Source of the DNA: an uncultured Chloroflexia bacterium
Lineage (GTDB): Bacteria > Chloroflexota > Chloroflexia > QHBQ01 > JADMIH01
NCBI GenBank assembly: GCA_963797095.1
Contig: CAWCNY010000002.1
Span: 1,152,001 to 1,216,000, forward strand
Direction of reading: 5' to 3'
Length of the DNA stretch: 64,000 bases
The position numbers and the translations under genes were made by a program. Of the stretch, positions 11,201-20,882 are shown piece after piece; position 1 is the first letter of the stretch, and every line of letters starts with the position of its first letter. The notes under the pieces are model-generated. The model did not search any database and was not told the DNA's origin. It worked only from the letters and a program-made list of their open reading frames with translations.

Positions 11201-11618
11201 GGATGTTCGGCGCGGAGAGCTTGCAGCCACAGTCCGGGCGCACCCAGGTGTCGTCTACGCAGTGGCCTGGGGGCCCGCTGGCAACCTGCTGATCACCGGA
11301 GGCGGAGATGGCGCAGTCCGTTGGTGGGACATAGCGACAGGCGAGTGCGTTCGAACGCGCCAGGCGCACCAGGGCACGGTGCAAGCTCTCAAGAAAAGTC
11401 CGGATGGCTCAAAGCTGGCTAGCTGCGGCGACGACGGGGCCGTCATGCTGTGGGATCTCAACACAGGCGACCATCTCCAAACCCTGCGCCGTGATCGCCC
11501 CTATGAGCGCCTCAACATCACCGGAATCATAGGCTTGACCGAGGCGCAGAAAGCCACCCTCCGCACGTTGGGCGCGATCGATGATAGCGCTCTGCGAAGC
11601 ACTTACAGTACCCCGTGA
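8160..11618 (+). CDS. STAND protein C-half: NB-ARC, pentapeptide-like segment, multiple WD40 repeats; probably continuous with the previous ORF across a frameshift near 8255
   Basis: DWG..FYGRE, GLGGIGKS, VLDNIE, GNPMALK, many H...W-D repeats, C-terminal RPYERLNITG. No credible start of its own. Confidence 0.85.
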   Translation: MPHPPGIWPGKRLLLHRRSGPRLFLCRSVREFDWGSALVTPIFYGREWEMTLLTGWLVKERCRVVSLLGLGGIGKSALAVSLMHRVAEHFEVVIWRSMRDLPTCEALLDDLLQVLAPPGVDEATSSFDQRLSIVLGQMRKTRTLMVLDNIEVVLEESGGSGRMRPGYEGFGRFLRRVAETEHRGCVLLTSREKPGDLISQEGSHSPVRVLRLARLDAEACEALLIEKGVKGTTPERVRLIEAYTGNPMALKIVSQTIVDLFDGDLSLFLEQGELIYGGIRELLREQFSRLSDLEQCVLVWLAILREPSTFEQLRAMLVTPLPPGEVLEAVEGLRRRNLIDRGQYPGSFTLQSVVLEYVTTVLLADASEEIQQGNLDRLIKHGLEQAHAKDYVRQAQEKVLVAPLLTRLQSASHALAHSDLEARLVALLDQMRSWSEDAQGYAPANLIALLRLQRSDLRDLDLSRLALRGVNLQGIEMQDTSLSKARIQDSTFTETFDAMTAVAINSSGTYWAAASRRGEIRVWAATGASWALNLRRSWRAHTDMVWALAFSPDGGALATGSWDGTVKLWNVDSGALLWSGRHASHVNCVAFTRDGTMLASSGIDAAVRIWDRQSGKELQTLPHPAPVTTLVWRPHGHFLATGNSVGAIRLWDVREDGPAICGQTIQAHTDWVDSLAFSPEGNILASGSWDSTVKLWEVAFSGATREISATLMQTLMGHTDRVGRVAWSPDGHTLASGSRDRTIRLWDAERASYRTALQGHTASVHALAFTPDSRAILTAGEDGTLRVWDIVSGQCIRLIQGYAAFLYDTDWSPDGAQLASGGTDSLVTIYDVNGAIPPRVLRAHTGGVIGVAWRPRTLGSGSQTAQHIRLATSEWDNAIRLWDPSSETSLQILQHPEDTGNCFYGLAWSPDGRWLAAGTYDRGVQLFDITAGNLAWNAPDFPTLIRPVAWSPDGTVLAGGGDNGTAYIWDSTASTLLQTLPGHHGMIRGIAWNSEGTQLASAGSGSEGAELFIWDVRRGELAATVRAHPGVVYAVAWGPAGNLLITGGGDGAVRWWDIATGECVRTRQAHQGTVQALKKSPDGSKLASCGDDGAVMLWDLNTGDHLQTLRRDRPYERLNITGIIGLTEAQKATLRTLGAIDDSALRSTYSTP

Positions 11619-11707
11619 TCCGCGCGCGATCGGGCCCTCCGGCTGCGCGTCACTCAGGCCTACGGGCACAGGACGCGCCTGCTCCCGTTACTGGCTCCTA
11701 CTGGCTC

Positions 11708-12187
11708 CTACTGGCTCTGGTTCTGGCGGTTCCAGCTAAATTCGGCCAGTATGCCCAGGCCCACGACGATAAGCACTATCGGGAAGACCAATTTATCTAC
11801 AAAGCCGGTGCTGATCGACCCCAGCCCTATAAGCAGGCCAATGCCCACAAGCCACCAGTTGACCTTGGCTCCTTCCTGTACGTGGCGCACGCCCAGGTAC
11901 ACAAACCAGGCACCTATCGCCAGGCCGAACACCCATCCAAGGCCGACGCCGAGGTTGTCAAATAGGGCTATCGCTCCTATGAGGATCAGCAGCACGCCCC
12001 AAAACGGCACGCCCGCTATGCGTTGGTGCTCGTGGCGCTCTATTCGCCCTTGCATCGGGTCCTGATACTGAGTTTGCGGTTGGTTTTGATAAGGTGCCTG
12101 ATACTGAGGTTGCTGCTCTTGCTGGGCCTGCTGCATAGGCACGGTTGCCTGAGAAGGCGTTTGTGAAGTCGGTTGAATCGGTTGCAT
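11708..12187 (-). CDS. Small membrane protein (LiaF/DUF5668-like) with Gln-rich N-terminus
   Basis: FWGVLLILIG motif and four TM segments; SD GGAGG. Confidence 0.65.
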   Translation of the reverse strand: MQPIQPTSQTPSQATVPMQQAQQEQQPQYQAPYQNQPQTQYQDPMQGRIERHEHQRIAGVPFWGVLLILIGAIALFDNLGVGLGWVFGLAIGAWFVYLGVRHVQEGAKVNWWLVGIGLLIGLGSISTGFVDKLVFPIVLIVVGLGILAEFSWNRQNQSQ

Positions 12188-12552
12188 GATTCCCTCCTGA
12201 TTTCAAACGGGGCGAAAATCACAGTTTGCAATTGTATCGTCAATCTGTGAATCGTAAGAGCCTACTTTCCCATTGTCATTCTCCACAAATGACGTTAAAA
12301 TTCAGGTGGATTTTGGTGAACGGATCCTGGCAAGTACCAGCACCCCCGCTTCCGGTTGCGATTTTGGCGGTAGCCGGGTAGTTCCATCTCGTACACGTCG
12401 ATCGATGCCCTCTCTTGCGGGTTCGGTCTTGCTCGCGCGACTCGGCATGGATCTTGCACGTTCGTGCAACTTATCAACCGGAGGCCGGCACACTCAGGCC
12501 GTATCCGGTATTTTGTCAATTCTCGAAAGGATCTATCTAAAGGAGCTATCTA

Positions 12553-13521
12553 ATGAGTTTGAAGTTTGGAGTGTTCGTTCCGCAGGGCTGGAAAATGGAC
12601 CTGGTTGGGCTTGCCGATCCTGTCGAGCAATACGAAGCAATGACGCGAGCCGCATTGGCCGCCGACGAGGCCGGGCTAGACTCGATCTGGCTCTATGATC
12701 ACTTTCACACCGTGCCCACACCCACCCAGGAAACGACCTTCGAATCCTGGATGAGCACCGCCGGATTGGTGCGCGACACAAAACGCGTCCGGGTAGGCCA
12801 GATGGTCACCTGTAATGGCTACCGCAATCCCGCTCTGCTGGCGAAGATGGCCTCCACTGTCGATGTGATGAGCCACGGGCGATTGATCTGCGGGTTTGGG
12901 GCCGGTTGGTACGAACACGAGTGGCGCGCCTATGGCTATGGCTTCCCGGAAGTGCCCGTTCGCATGGGCATGTTCCGCGAGGCCTGCGAAATTATCTCGC
13001 GCATGTGGACCGAGGATAAGCCGGTCTTCCAGGGCAAATACTACACGATCGATGGCCCGATCAACATGCCAAAAGGCGCTCGCAACCCCCACCCTGAGTT
13101 TTGGATCGGCGGTGGCGGCGAGAAGGTCACTCTCAAGCTGGTCGCCCGCTGGGCCAACGGCTGCAACATAGGTGGTGGCGACCCTGAAACCATCCGCCAC
13201 AAGGTGGAAGTGCTGCGCGGCCATTGCGAAACGCTTGGGCGCGACCCCGCCGAGATCGTAGTCAGCACCAGTTTACAGGATGTCCACCTGTTGGCACCTG
13301 GCGAAGACCCTGAGAAAGTAGCCGACTGGACAAAGGGCCAGTATACCCTTGACGAATATCGCCGTCGCTTCAAGGTGTTCACCGCTGACGAACTTTCCAG
13401 GTGGATCGAGCAAGCCACCGAAGCCGGGGCGACCTATATTATCATCTACCTGGCGGGGCTTGCCCATAACCAGGATATGATCTACAGGTTAGCTCAGGAT
13501 GTTATGCCCCGCTTCGCGTGA
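12553..13521 (+). CDS. LLM-class (F420-dependent type) oxidoreductase
   Basis: SIWLYDHFH, YRNPALLAKMASTVDVMSHGRL, GAGWYEHE, IGGGGEKVTL. Confidence 0.9.
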   Translation: MSLKFGVFVPQGWKMDLVGLADPVEQYEAMTRAALAADEAGLDSIWLYDHFHTVPTPTQETTFESWMSTAGLVRDTKRVRVGQMVTCNGYRNPALLAKMASTVDVMSHGRLICGFGAGWYEHEWRAYGYGFPEVPVRMGMFREACEIISRMWTEDKPVFQGKYYTIDGPINMPKGARNPHPEFWIGGGGEKVTLKLVARWANGCNIGGGDPETIRHKVEVLRGHCETLGRDPAEIVVSTSLQDVHLLAPGEDPEKVADWTKGQYTLDEYRRRFKVFTADELSRWIEQATEAGATYIIIYLAGLAHNQDMIYRLAQDVMPRFA

Positions 13522-13588
13522 CCCACACAATAGAGGTCACACCCACAGGCGCACATAAACGCGAGCCACCCCGAATTCCGGCTTTCCC

Positions 13589-15295
13589 TCATTCTTCCAA
13601 AATCTGGGAAGGCTCCTGTTTTGGAACCTCCCTTCTTATCATCGAAAGGGGATGGATAGGGGCTTTAGCGGGCGTTGGGTACACCGCGACATAGTGGGAC
13701 ACAGCAGTCTCAGTGCCCGGTTTCCTGAGCGCTATCGCCTGCTCCTCGATTGCCTGGTCGGTTACCGTCGGGCGCATATGCTGGCGCAGATGTTCGGCCC
13801 AGGTGCGCGCCAGGAACGTCTCCAGATAATGATCCGGGCGGGATGGGTCCTGGAACAAATGCCAATCATAAGCCCCCGTCCGCCTGCGCATCCTCCCCAC
13901 GCGCTGCATTGTCGTAATGAACTGAGCAGCATTTTCGGGCGGAACCTCGTATCCGATCTCCACCAGCACCGGCCCATCTTCCAGCGCCGGTGTGCTGACC
14001 AGGTTCGGCTCGGCCCACTGGCGTGCCGGTGTCATATCGAGGTCCTGCATTTGGTCCAGTCGCCAGCGCCACGCAGCCGCCGCCCCCAGGCATAGAGCTG
14101 CGGCGGCAAGTGCCAGCGTCATGCTGTTGCCCAACCAGCTTGCCAGCGCGCCCCACCCGAAGCTGCCCAGTGCCATACCTCCCTGGAAGACCAGCAGATA
14201 CACCCCCAGCGCCCGCGCTCTCACCCACGCCGGGGCTGCCCCCTGTGCCGATACATTCAGGCTGGACATCATCGACATCCACGCCACGCCTCCCAGCACC
14301 AGCACCAGCGACAGCAAAATCAAATTCTGAAGATAACCCAGCGCGAAAGTCGCCAGCGCAAATACAATCGTAGATATGACGGTCTGTGTATCCACCGACA
14401 CTGCTTCTCTGATCCTGGAGATCAGCAGCGCCCCGATTACGGCTCCAAGCCCCAGGCTGCCAAGCAGGATGCCGTAACCGCTGGCGTCCAATCCCAGGTC
14501 CTGGCTGGCTACTACGGGTAGAAGCGCCCACAACGCGCTTGCCGCTACGATAAACGCGGCCACGCGCGCCAGCACCGTTCGCAACGCGAGGCTGTGCCGT
14601 GCATATCGCACACCTGCCACAATCGCTCCGATCACCCGCTCAGGGGGCGATGCGTTTTCGACGTGCTCGCGCCGCCACAGGTAAATCACCACCAGCACCC
14701 CCACGAACGAGAGCGAGTTCAACAGGAACACCGCGCCCGGCCCCGCCAGGGCCACCACGAAACCTCCGAGCGCAGGGCCCACGGCTCTTGCCAGGTTGAA
14801 CCCGGCGCTGTTGAGAGCCACCGCCTGTGCAACCTGCCTGCGTCCCACCAATTCGGGCACAATAGCCTGCCAGGCAGGTGCGTTCAGCGCGCTCCCCAGG
14901 CCCAGCAGAAACGTCAGCGCAAGGAGCAGCCACGAAGTGGTGAGGTTGGCGATAGTCAGCACGCCCAGCAGGGTCGCCACCACAAGCATCCACCCCTGCG
15001 TCACAAGCAGCAATTTGCGCCTGTCGACAATATCGGCAATGGCCCCGGCGGGAAGCCCAACCAGGAACAAAGGTAGGCTTGTGGCGGTCTGCATCAAAGC
15101 CACCAATAGTGGCGATGGCGTGAGCAGGGTCATCAACCATGTCGCCCCCACGCTCTGCATCCACGTGCCGATATTGGACGCCACCGACGCTATCCAGAGC
15201 CAGCGAAATACCGGGATAGCTAGCGGTCCCCAGGACGACGTGCTTACCGCCTCTCTACTTGTATCCTGTAGATCTGTGCGCCTGGTGTTAAACGT
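13589..15295 (-). CDS. MFS transporter (MFS_3/DUF894 type) with C-terminal soluble extension
   Basis: SNIGTWMQ, D..DRRKLL, NLARAVGPALGG. The conserved N-terminal region extends upstream of GTG 15184 to an ACG at 15295 that follows GGAGG. Confidence 0.85.
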   Translation of the reverse strand, partial: TFNTRRTDLQDTSREAVSTSSWGPLAIPVFRWLWIASVASNIGTWMQSVGATWLMTLLTPSPLLVALMQTATSLPLFLVGLPAGAIADIVDRRKLLLVTQGWMLVVATLLGVLTIANLTTSWLLLALTFLLGLGSALNAPAWQAIVPELVGRRQVAQAVALNSAGFNLARAVGPALGGFVVALAGPGAVFLLNSLSFVGVLVVIYLWRREHVENASPPERVIGAIVAGVRYARHSLALRTVLARVAAFIVAASALWALLPVVASQDLGLDASGYGILLGSLGLGAVIGALLISRIREAVSVDTQTVISTIVFALATFALGYLQNLILLSLVLVLGGVAWMSMMSSLNVSAQGAAPAWVRARALGVYLLVFQGGMALGSFGWGALASWLGNSMTLALAAAALCLGAAAAWRWRLDQMQDLDMTPARQWAEPNLVSTPALEDGPVLVEIGYEVPPENAAQFITTMQRVGRMRRRTGAYDWHLFQDPSRPDHYLETFLARTWAEHLRQHMRPTVTDQAIEEQAIALRKPGTETAVSHYVAVYPTPAKAPIHPLSMIRREVPKQEPSQILEE

Positions 15296-15628
15296 AAGCT
15301 CCCTCCGAATATCGCTGGTTTATATATGTGCTTCTTGCATAGCGTTAAGCTTAGCATAAAATCGCAGGAGTTCCCATCTAGCAGCAAACCACAACAAGGA
15401 TGCAAAGTCTGTCTCTGCCTTGTTAACCTCTACCCATCAATACACAACCCAAAACCACCCGAAAGTACACCCCAAAACCTGTCCCGATTTCCCCCACCAA
15501 TGCCTTTAAGTTAATGAGGGCAAGTCCAACCCTCAAATCACACAACCACCAAGAAAACGATCGGACCTATCCAAAAGTCCACACGGAGCGGTAGTCGCCA
15601 GTCCCAATCAGGACCACCCACCAAGAAT

Positions 15629-15691
15629 ACTCGTCACTCGTCACTCGTCACTCGTCACTCGTCACTCGTCACTCGTCACTCGTCACTCGTC
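15629..15691. repeat. Heptamer tandem repeat (ACTCGTC)x9
   Basis: Read directly from the sequence. Confidence 0.95.
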
Positions 15692-15713
15692 ACCCTCCAA
15701 ATGAACCCAAGTC

Positions 15714-15741
15714 TTGACACAAAGGTGTTAACTGCTATAAT
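15714..15741 (+). promoter_or_regulatory. Sigma70-type promoter of the peptide ABC operon
   Basis: TTGACA, 16-bp spacer, TATAAT with extended -10 TG. Confidence 0.75.
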
Positions 15742-15903
15742 GGCAGGTACTAACGTGTGACATTCTAACTCTCTTCTTGAAAGGGGGTGACGCCTGCCGT
15801 ATTTTCTCTCCTTATTGTTTTCTCTCCCGGTGCTCCCGCTTGGGTAGCAAATTCGCGCCGGAGAGCGAAGGACAAAACACTAACCACAGGAGGAAATGTC
15901 AGA

Positions 15904-17685
15904 GTGAAAGTAACTTCAAAGAAATTCGCGGCGATTGTGGTCGGATTGTTGCTTCTCCCCACGCTTGCGGCTTGCGGAGGCGAGGTGCCCACAGCCACAC
16001 CTATTCCTCCACCGCCGACCGCTACTACCGCCCCCCCGCCCCCCACCGATACGGTGGCTATGGCCGAGCCGACCGCCACTGAAGCAATGGCCGAGCCTAC
16101 GGCGACCACCGCCGCAACCTCAGGATCGCAGACAGGCACTGCCACCGACACTATGTACGCTGCCAAAGATTGCAGCTACGGTGGCATCATGAAGAGCATC
16201 GAAGCGGTGAACGACACCACTGTCAAGTTCACCCTCTGCACGCCCGACCCGGCCTTCCCGTCTAAGGTCGCCTTCTCATCGTTGGGTATCCAATCCGCTG
16301 CTCACTTGCAGGCCACCGGCGGCAAGCCCCTTGAGGATGCCGTTGGCACAGGCCCCTACATGGTCAAGAACTGGGTGCGCGGCGATAGCCTCAACCTCGT
16401 AGCCAACCCCAACTATTGGGGCGACGCTCCCGCGACGCCTAACCTCATCTTCAAGTGGAACGACCAGGCAGCGGGCCGCCTCAACAGCCTCAAAGCAGGC
16501 GAAGCCGATGGTATCGATAACCCCGATCCCAACGATTACGCCACCGTCCAGGGCGACTCCAGCCTCCAACTGATCCCGCGCGACGCGCTCAGCATATTCT
16601 ACATCGGCCTCAACAACACCAAGCCGCCGCTGGATAACGAAAAGGTACGCCAGGCCATAGCTATGGGCATCGACCGCCAGGCTATCATAGACAAGTTCTA
16701 TCCGCCCGGCTCCAGCGTAGCCACTCACTTCACCCCCTGCGCCATCCCCGGCGGTTGCGAGGGTGACTCGTGGTATGACTACAACCTGGACGCGGCCAAG
16801 CAGATGTTGGCTGATGCCAACGTCGGCCCTATCAGCATGAAACTCTCCTATCGCGATGTCGTGCGCGGTTATCTGCCTTCCCCAGGCAAGGTCGCTGAGG
16901 AGATTCAGTCCCAGCTCAAGCAGCTTGGCATTGATGTGACCATCGACGTGCAGGAGTCGGGTACCTTCCTCGACAACGCCTCCAAGGGCAACCTTGAGAT
17001 CTTCCTCCTCGGTTGGGGCGCTGACTATCCCGATCAGACCGACTTCCTCGACGCTCACTTCGGCAAGGGCGCGAACGACTCGTTCGGCACCAAGTTCGAC
17101 GATATTACCAGCCTGCTCACTCAGGCGGCTGCCCTTTCTGACCAGGCCCAGCGCAACGCGCTCTATGCCCAGGCTAACAACCTGATCAAGCAGCACGTGC
17201 CGATGGTACCTGTAGCTTGGGGTGCTTCCGCCACTGCCTGGAGCGCTAATGTGCAGAACGCGCAGTCCAGCCCTCTGGGTAACGAAGCCTTCAGGCTCAT
17301 GTCTGTTCCGAGCAAGGACACCTTTGTCTGGATCCAGAACGCCGAGCCTTTGAGCCTCTACTGTAGCGACGAGACCGACGGCGAGAGCCTGCGCGCTTGC
17401 GAGCAGATCTTCGACCCGCTTCTGACCTACAAGGTTGGCGGCACTGAGGTCGAGCCTAACCTGGCTACCGATTACAAGGCCAACGACGATCTTACCGAGT
17501 GGACATTCACGTTGCGGTCGGGTGTGAAGTTCTCCGACAATACACCTCTCACCGCCAAGGATGTTGTGGCGACCTATGCCGCTCAGTGGGATGTCAGCAA
17601 CCCACTCCACACCGGCAACACCGGCAACTTCGACTACTGGACTATCCTCTTCGCCGCCTTCCTCAACGCTCCACCTTCACAATAG
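15904..17685 (+). CDS. Family-5 peptide ABC substrate-binding lipoprotein, circularly permuted
   Basis: Lipobox LAAC, Pro/Thr linker, GTGPY, VRQAIAMGIDR. Segment EPNLATDY...WTFTLRSGVKFSD sits at the C-terminus. Confidence 0.9.
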   Translation: MKVTSKKFAAIVVGLLLLPTLAACGGEVPTATPIPPPPTATTAPPPPTDTVAMAEPTATEAMAEPTATTAATSGSQTGTATDTMYAAKDCSYGGIMKSIEAVNDTTVKFTLCTPDPAFPSKVAFSSLGIQSAAHLQATGGKPLEDAVGTGPYMVKNWVRGDSLNLVANPNYWGDAPATPNLIFKWNDQAAGRLNSLKAGEADGIDNPDPNDYATVQGDSSLQLIPRDALSIFYIGLNNTKPPLDNEKVRQAIAMGIDRQAIIDKFYPPGSSVATHFTPCAIPGGCEGDSWYDYNLDAAKQMLADANVGPISMKLSYRDVVRGYLPSPGKVAEEIQSQLKQLGIDVTIDVQESGTFLDNASKGNLEIFLLGWGADYPDQTDFLDAHFGKGANDSFGTKFDDITSLLTQAAALSDQAQRNALYAQANNLIKQHVPMVPVAWGASATAWSANVQNAQSSPLGNEAFRLMSVPSKDTFVWIQNAEPLSLYCSDETDGESLRACEQIFDPLLTYKVGGTEVEPNLATDYKANDDLTEWTFTLRSGVKFSDNTPLTAKDVVATYAAQWDVSNPLHTGNTGNFDYWTILFAAFLNAPPSQ

Positions 17686-17704
17686 TCCGGTTCTAATTAC
17701 AATG

Positions 17705-17736
17705 CAGGCTGGGTGTGCAAAAGAGCGCCCAGCCTG
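17705..17736 (+). terminator. Stem-loop after the substrate-binding gene (terminator or mRNA stabiliser)
   Basis: CAGGCTGGGTG...CGCCCAGCCTG inverted repeat. Confidence 0.5.
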
Positions 17737-17767
17737 TATCACAACCCCCGAATTGTAGTTCGGAATT

Positions 17768-18844
17768 ATGGGACGTTTCTTACTTCGCCGACTGATATTA
17801 ATCATCCCGGTTCTCCTGGGGATCATATTCGTAACCTTTGTGTTGGTGCGCTCGATCCCGGGTGATGCCTGCGTTGCCATGCTCGGCGAGAAGGCCACAC
17901 CTGCCGTCTGCGCGCAATTCCGAGAACGCTTCGGCCTTAATGATAATATCGCCGTTCAATTTGTCCGCTATCTTGGCACACTGGGCACGTTCGACCTGGG
18001 CGATTCGCTCAAGTACGGGCGACCTGTCGGCACCTTCTTGATCGAGCGCCTGCCAATGACTATCGAATTAACTATAGGCGCTATGTCTTTCGCCCTGTTA
18101 GTGGGTATTCCACTGGGCATTATATCGGCATACAAGCACAGGTCGGCCGTAGATGTGGGCACGATGGTGATCGCCAACCTGGGCGTTTCCATGCCGATTT
18201 TCTGGTTAGGCTACTTACTGGCCGGTTTGTTCGGTATCGTGCTCAAAGACACGCCTTTCTACTTACCCACATCGGGCAGGCTGACTCCTGGCCTCTCTTT
18301 ACCTCCATTGACCGACGCGTGGAACCTGGGCCATGTGCAGGGCTTCGCTGGTGGCGTGCTGACGTTCTTCTCACAGATGTTCACCTTCAATTCTCTTGTA
18401 ACAGGTCACCTTGATATATTCTGGGACGCCATCAGGCACCTCATCCTACCATCAGTAGCCCTGGGCACGATCCCTATGGCGATTATCGCCCGCCTCACCC
18501 GCTCCAATTTGCTGGACATTATGGGCAACGACTACATCCGCACGGCTCGCTCCAAAGGCCTCGGCGAGCGGATGATCCTCTTCCGCCACGCCATGCGCAA
18601 TGCCCTCCTGCCTCTTGTAACGGTGATCGGTCTCCAGTTCGGCGCGCTATTGGGGGGCGCTGTACTGACCGAAACGGTGTTCGGCTTGCCCGGCGTCGGC
18701 AAGTTCCTTGTAGATTCGATTTTCGCCCGCGACTACCCCGTAGTGCAGGGCTTCACCCTGGTTATCGCACTTATTTTCGTATTCGTGAACCTGATAGTTG
18801 ATATATCCTATGCTTTCCTCGACCCTCGCATCCGCCTCAGCTAA
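17768..18844 (+). CDS. dppB: Peptide ABC permease (DppB/OppB)
   Basis: DYIRTARSKGL EAA loop, RDYPVVQG, DPRIR. Confidence 0.92.
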   Translation: MGRFLLRRLILIIPVLLGIIFVTFVLVRSIPGDACVAMLGEKATPAVCAQFRERFGLNDNIAVQFVRYLGTLGTFDLGDSLKYGRPVGTFLIERLPMTIELTIGAMSFALLVGIPLGIISAYKHRSAVDVGTMVIANLGVSMPIFWLGYLLAGLFGIVLKDTPFYLPTSGRLTPGLSLPPLTDAWNLGHVQGFAGGVLTFFSQMFTFNSLVTGHLDIFWDAIRHLILPSVALGTIPMAIIARLTRSNLLDIMGNDYIRTARSKGLGERMILFRHAMRNALLPLVTVIGLQFGALLGGAVLTETVFGLPGVGKFLVDSIFARDYPVVQGFTLVIALIFVFVNLIVDISYAFLDPRIRLS

Positions 18845-18885
18845 GGGTCATAGTGGCATAGCACCGATCCTGGACTTGTGAGCCT

Positions 18886-19842
18886 ATGAGCGCAGTGACA
18901 GCCGGAACTAAGATACCAAGAACGGCGCAGGCAAAGCCTCGCAGCCTGGGGCGCGATGCCCTTCGCCACCTTCTGCACAACAGGTCGGCCCAGGTCGGCA
19001 TGGTTATGCTCGGCTTCCTCTTGCTGGTCGCTATCTTCGCCCCCGTGATCGCCACACACGATCCGATCAATTTCACCGACCCCAACAACAAGGTGCGCAC
19101 GCCGCCGTGTATCCATTTCCTCGGTTGTCCAGCCGATCAGCCTCAGCATATATTCGGCCTGGATGGCAACGGGCGCGATCTCTTCAGCCGCGTGGTATAT
19201 GGCACCCAGGTTTCCCTCTTCATAGGTGTCTCCACAGTCACCTTCGCGGTCATCGTCGGCACCCTTATCGGCGCGGTATCGGGCTTCCTGGGCGGTTGGG
19301 CCGATAGCATCATCATGCGTTTCATGGATGTATTGCTTGCCTTCCCTAGCCTGCTGTTGGCTATTGCCCTGGTGGCCGTCCTTCGCCCCTTGATCCTCGA
19401 AGGGCCTCATCTCTCGCCGCTTATCCCTGCTCTGTTCGCTATTGGTTTCGTTGCTATACCTGTCTATGCTCGTATAGTCCGCTCAAGCGTGCTCTCTATC
19501 AAAGAGCAAGACTATGTGCTCGCCGACCGCGCCATTGGCGTGCCTCCTACGCGTACGCTCTTCCGAACGGTCCTCCCCAACTCCCTCACCCCCCTGATCG
19601 TTCAAGGCACGCTTGGTATCGCCTCCGCCATATTGGATGCCGCCGCCCTCGGCTTCCTGGGCCTGGGCCAGCAGCCTCCCAACCCTGAATGGGGTACCAT
19701 GCTGGGTGTGGAGCGCAACAGCGTATTCAACGCCCCCCATCTCCTGATCTTCCCCGGTGCGGCTATCGTGGTTACTGTACTCGCCTTCAATCTCCTGGGG
19801 GATGGCCTGCGCGATGCCCTCGACCCACGCCTCAACAGGTAA
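18886..19842 (+). CDS. dppC: Peptide ABC permease (DppC/OppC)
   Basis: FGLDGNGRDLFSR, PEWG, FNLLGDGLRDALDPR. Confidence 0.92.
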   Translation: MSAVTAGTKIPRTAQAKPRSLGRDALRHLLHNRSAQVGMVMLGFLLLVAIFAPVIATHDPINFTDPNNKVRTPPCIHFLGCPADQPQHIFGLDGNGRDLFSRVVYGTQVSLFIGVSTVTFAVIVGTLIGAVSGFLGGWADSIIMRFMDVLLAFPSLLLAIALVAVLRPLILEGPHLSPLIPALFAIGFVAIPVYARIVRSSVLSIKEQDYVLADRAIGVPPTRTLFRTVLPNSLTPLIVQGTLGIASAILDAAALGFLGLGQQPPNPEWGTMLGVERNSVFNAPHLLIFPGAAIVVTVLAFNLLGDGLRDALDPRLNR

Positions 19843-19856
19843 CTGGCGGATCCCCT

Positions 19857-20882
19857 ATGGCAACACTGCTACAAGTACAAAACCTCCAGACCAGCTTCCG
19901 CACGCGCGATGGTATAGTCAGGGCTGTGCAAGGTGTATCCTTCGACCTTGAGGAAGGAGAGACCCTTGGGATCGTGGGCAAGTCGGGGTCGGGCAAGAGC
20001 GTGACCGCCCTCTCGATTATGCGCCTGATCCCTGAGCCACCCGGCAAGATCAAATCGGGCGAGGTCCTCTACCGGGGCAAAGACCTGCTCAAGTACAGCA
20101 GATCGGAGATGAGGAACATACGCGGGAAAGAGATCGCCATGATCTTCCAGGACCCGATGACCTCCCTCAACCCGGTACTGACGCTCAGCAAGCAGATAGG
20201 TGAGTCCCTGCAAGTCCACCTGAACATGACCAAAAAGCAGGCCCGAAACCGCACCATCGAGCTATTGAAACTGGTCGGCATACCCTCGGCAGAGCAGAGG
20301 CTCGATAGCTACCCGCACCAGTTTTCCGGCGGTATGCGCCAGCGTGTGATGATCGCTATGGCCCTCTCCTGCAACCCCAAGCTTCTGATCGCCGACGAGC
20401 CGACCACAGCCCTCGACGTGACGATCCAGGCGCAAATCCTGGACCTCATCAGACGGCTCAAGAGCGAGTTCAACACAGCAGTCATCTTTATCACCCACGA
20501 CCTGGGCGTCGTCGCCGGGCTGTGCAACCGCGTGATCGTCTTGTATGGTGGCCGCATCATGGAGCAGGCCACCACCGAGGAGTTGTATGGCGATCCTCGC
20601 CACCCCTACACTCTGGGCCTCCTCAAATCGGTGCCTCGCCTGGACGAAGAGCGCAAGGAGCGACTTGAGCCTATCCCGGGTATGCCCCCCGACCTGATCA
20701 ACTCGATACCAGGCTGCCCTTTCTACCCTCGATGCACCTATCGCGAGGACTGGCACAAAGACAAAATGCCTCCACTGGCCGAGGTCGGCCCCAAGCATCG
20801 CGCCGCCTGCTGGATCGATGTGCGAACTACCGCACCTCATGTGATCGAGGACGAAACCGAAGAAAAAGTGGGGGCAAGCTAA
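19857..20882 (+). CDS. dppD: Peptide ABC ATPase (DppD/OppD)
   Basis: [26 protein letters not shown], Cys-containing C-terminal domain; start ATG 19857. Confidence 0.92.
   Translation: MATLLQVQNLQTSFRTRDGIVRAVQGVSFDLEEGETLGIVGKSGSGKSVTALSIMRLIPEPPGKIKSGEVLYRGKDLLKYSRSEMRNIRGKEIAMIFQDPMTSLNPVLTLSKQIGESLQVHLNMTKKQARNRTIELLKLVGIPSAEQRLDSYPHQFSGGMRQRVMIAMALSCNPKLLIADEPTTALDVTIQAQILDLIRRLKSEFNTAVIFITHDLGVVAGLCNRVIVLYGGRIMEQATTEELYGDPRHPYTLGLLKSVPRLDEERKERLEPIPGMPPDLINSIPGCPFYPRCTYREDWHKDKMPPLAEVGPKHRAACWIDVRTTAPHVIEDETEEKVGAS

Noticed and set aside
15629-15691. Heptamer arrays as CRISPR
   Set aside because: The 7-bp units have no spacers, and there are no cas genes in the window.
16276-17610. 444-aa antisense ORF and similar shadow ORFs (e.g. 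50102-50941, 41946-42713)
   Set aside because: They overlap well-supported genes on the opposite strand, which is expected in GC-rich DNA.
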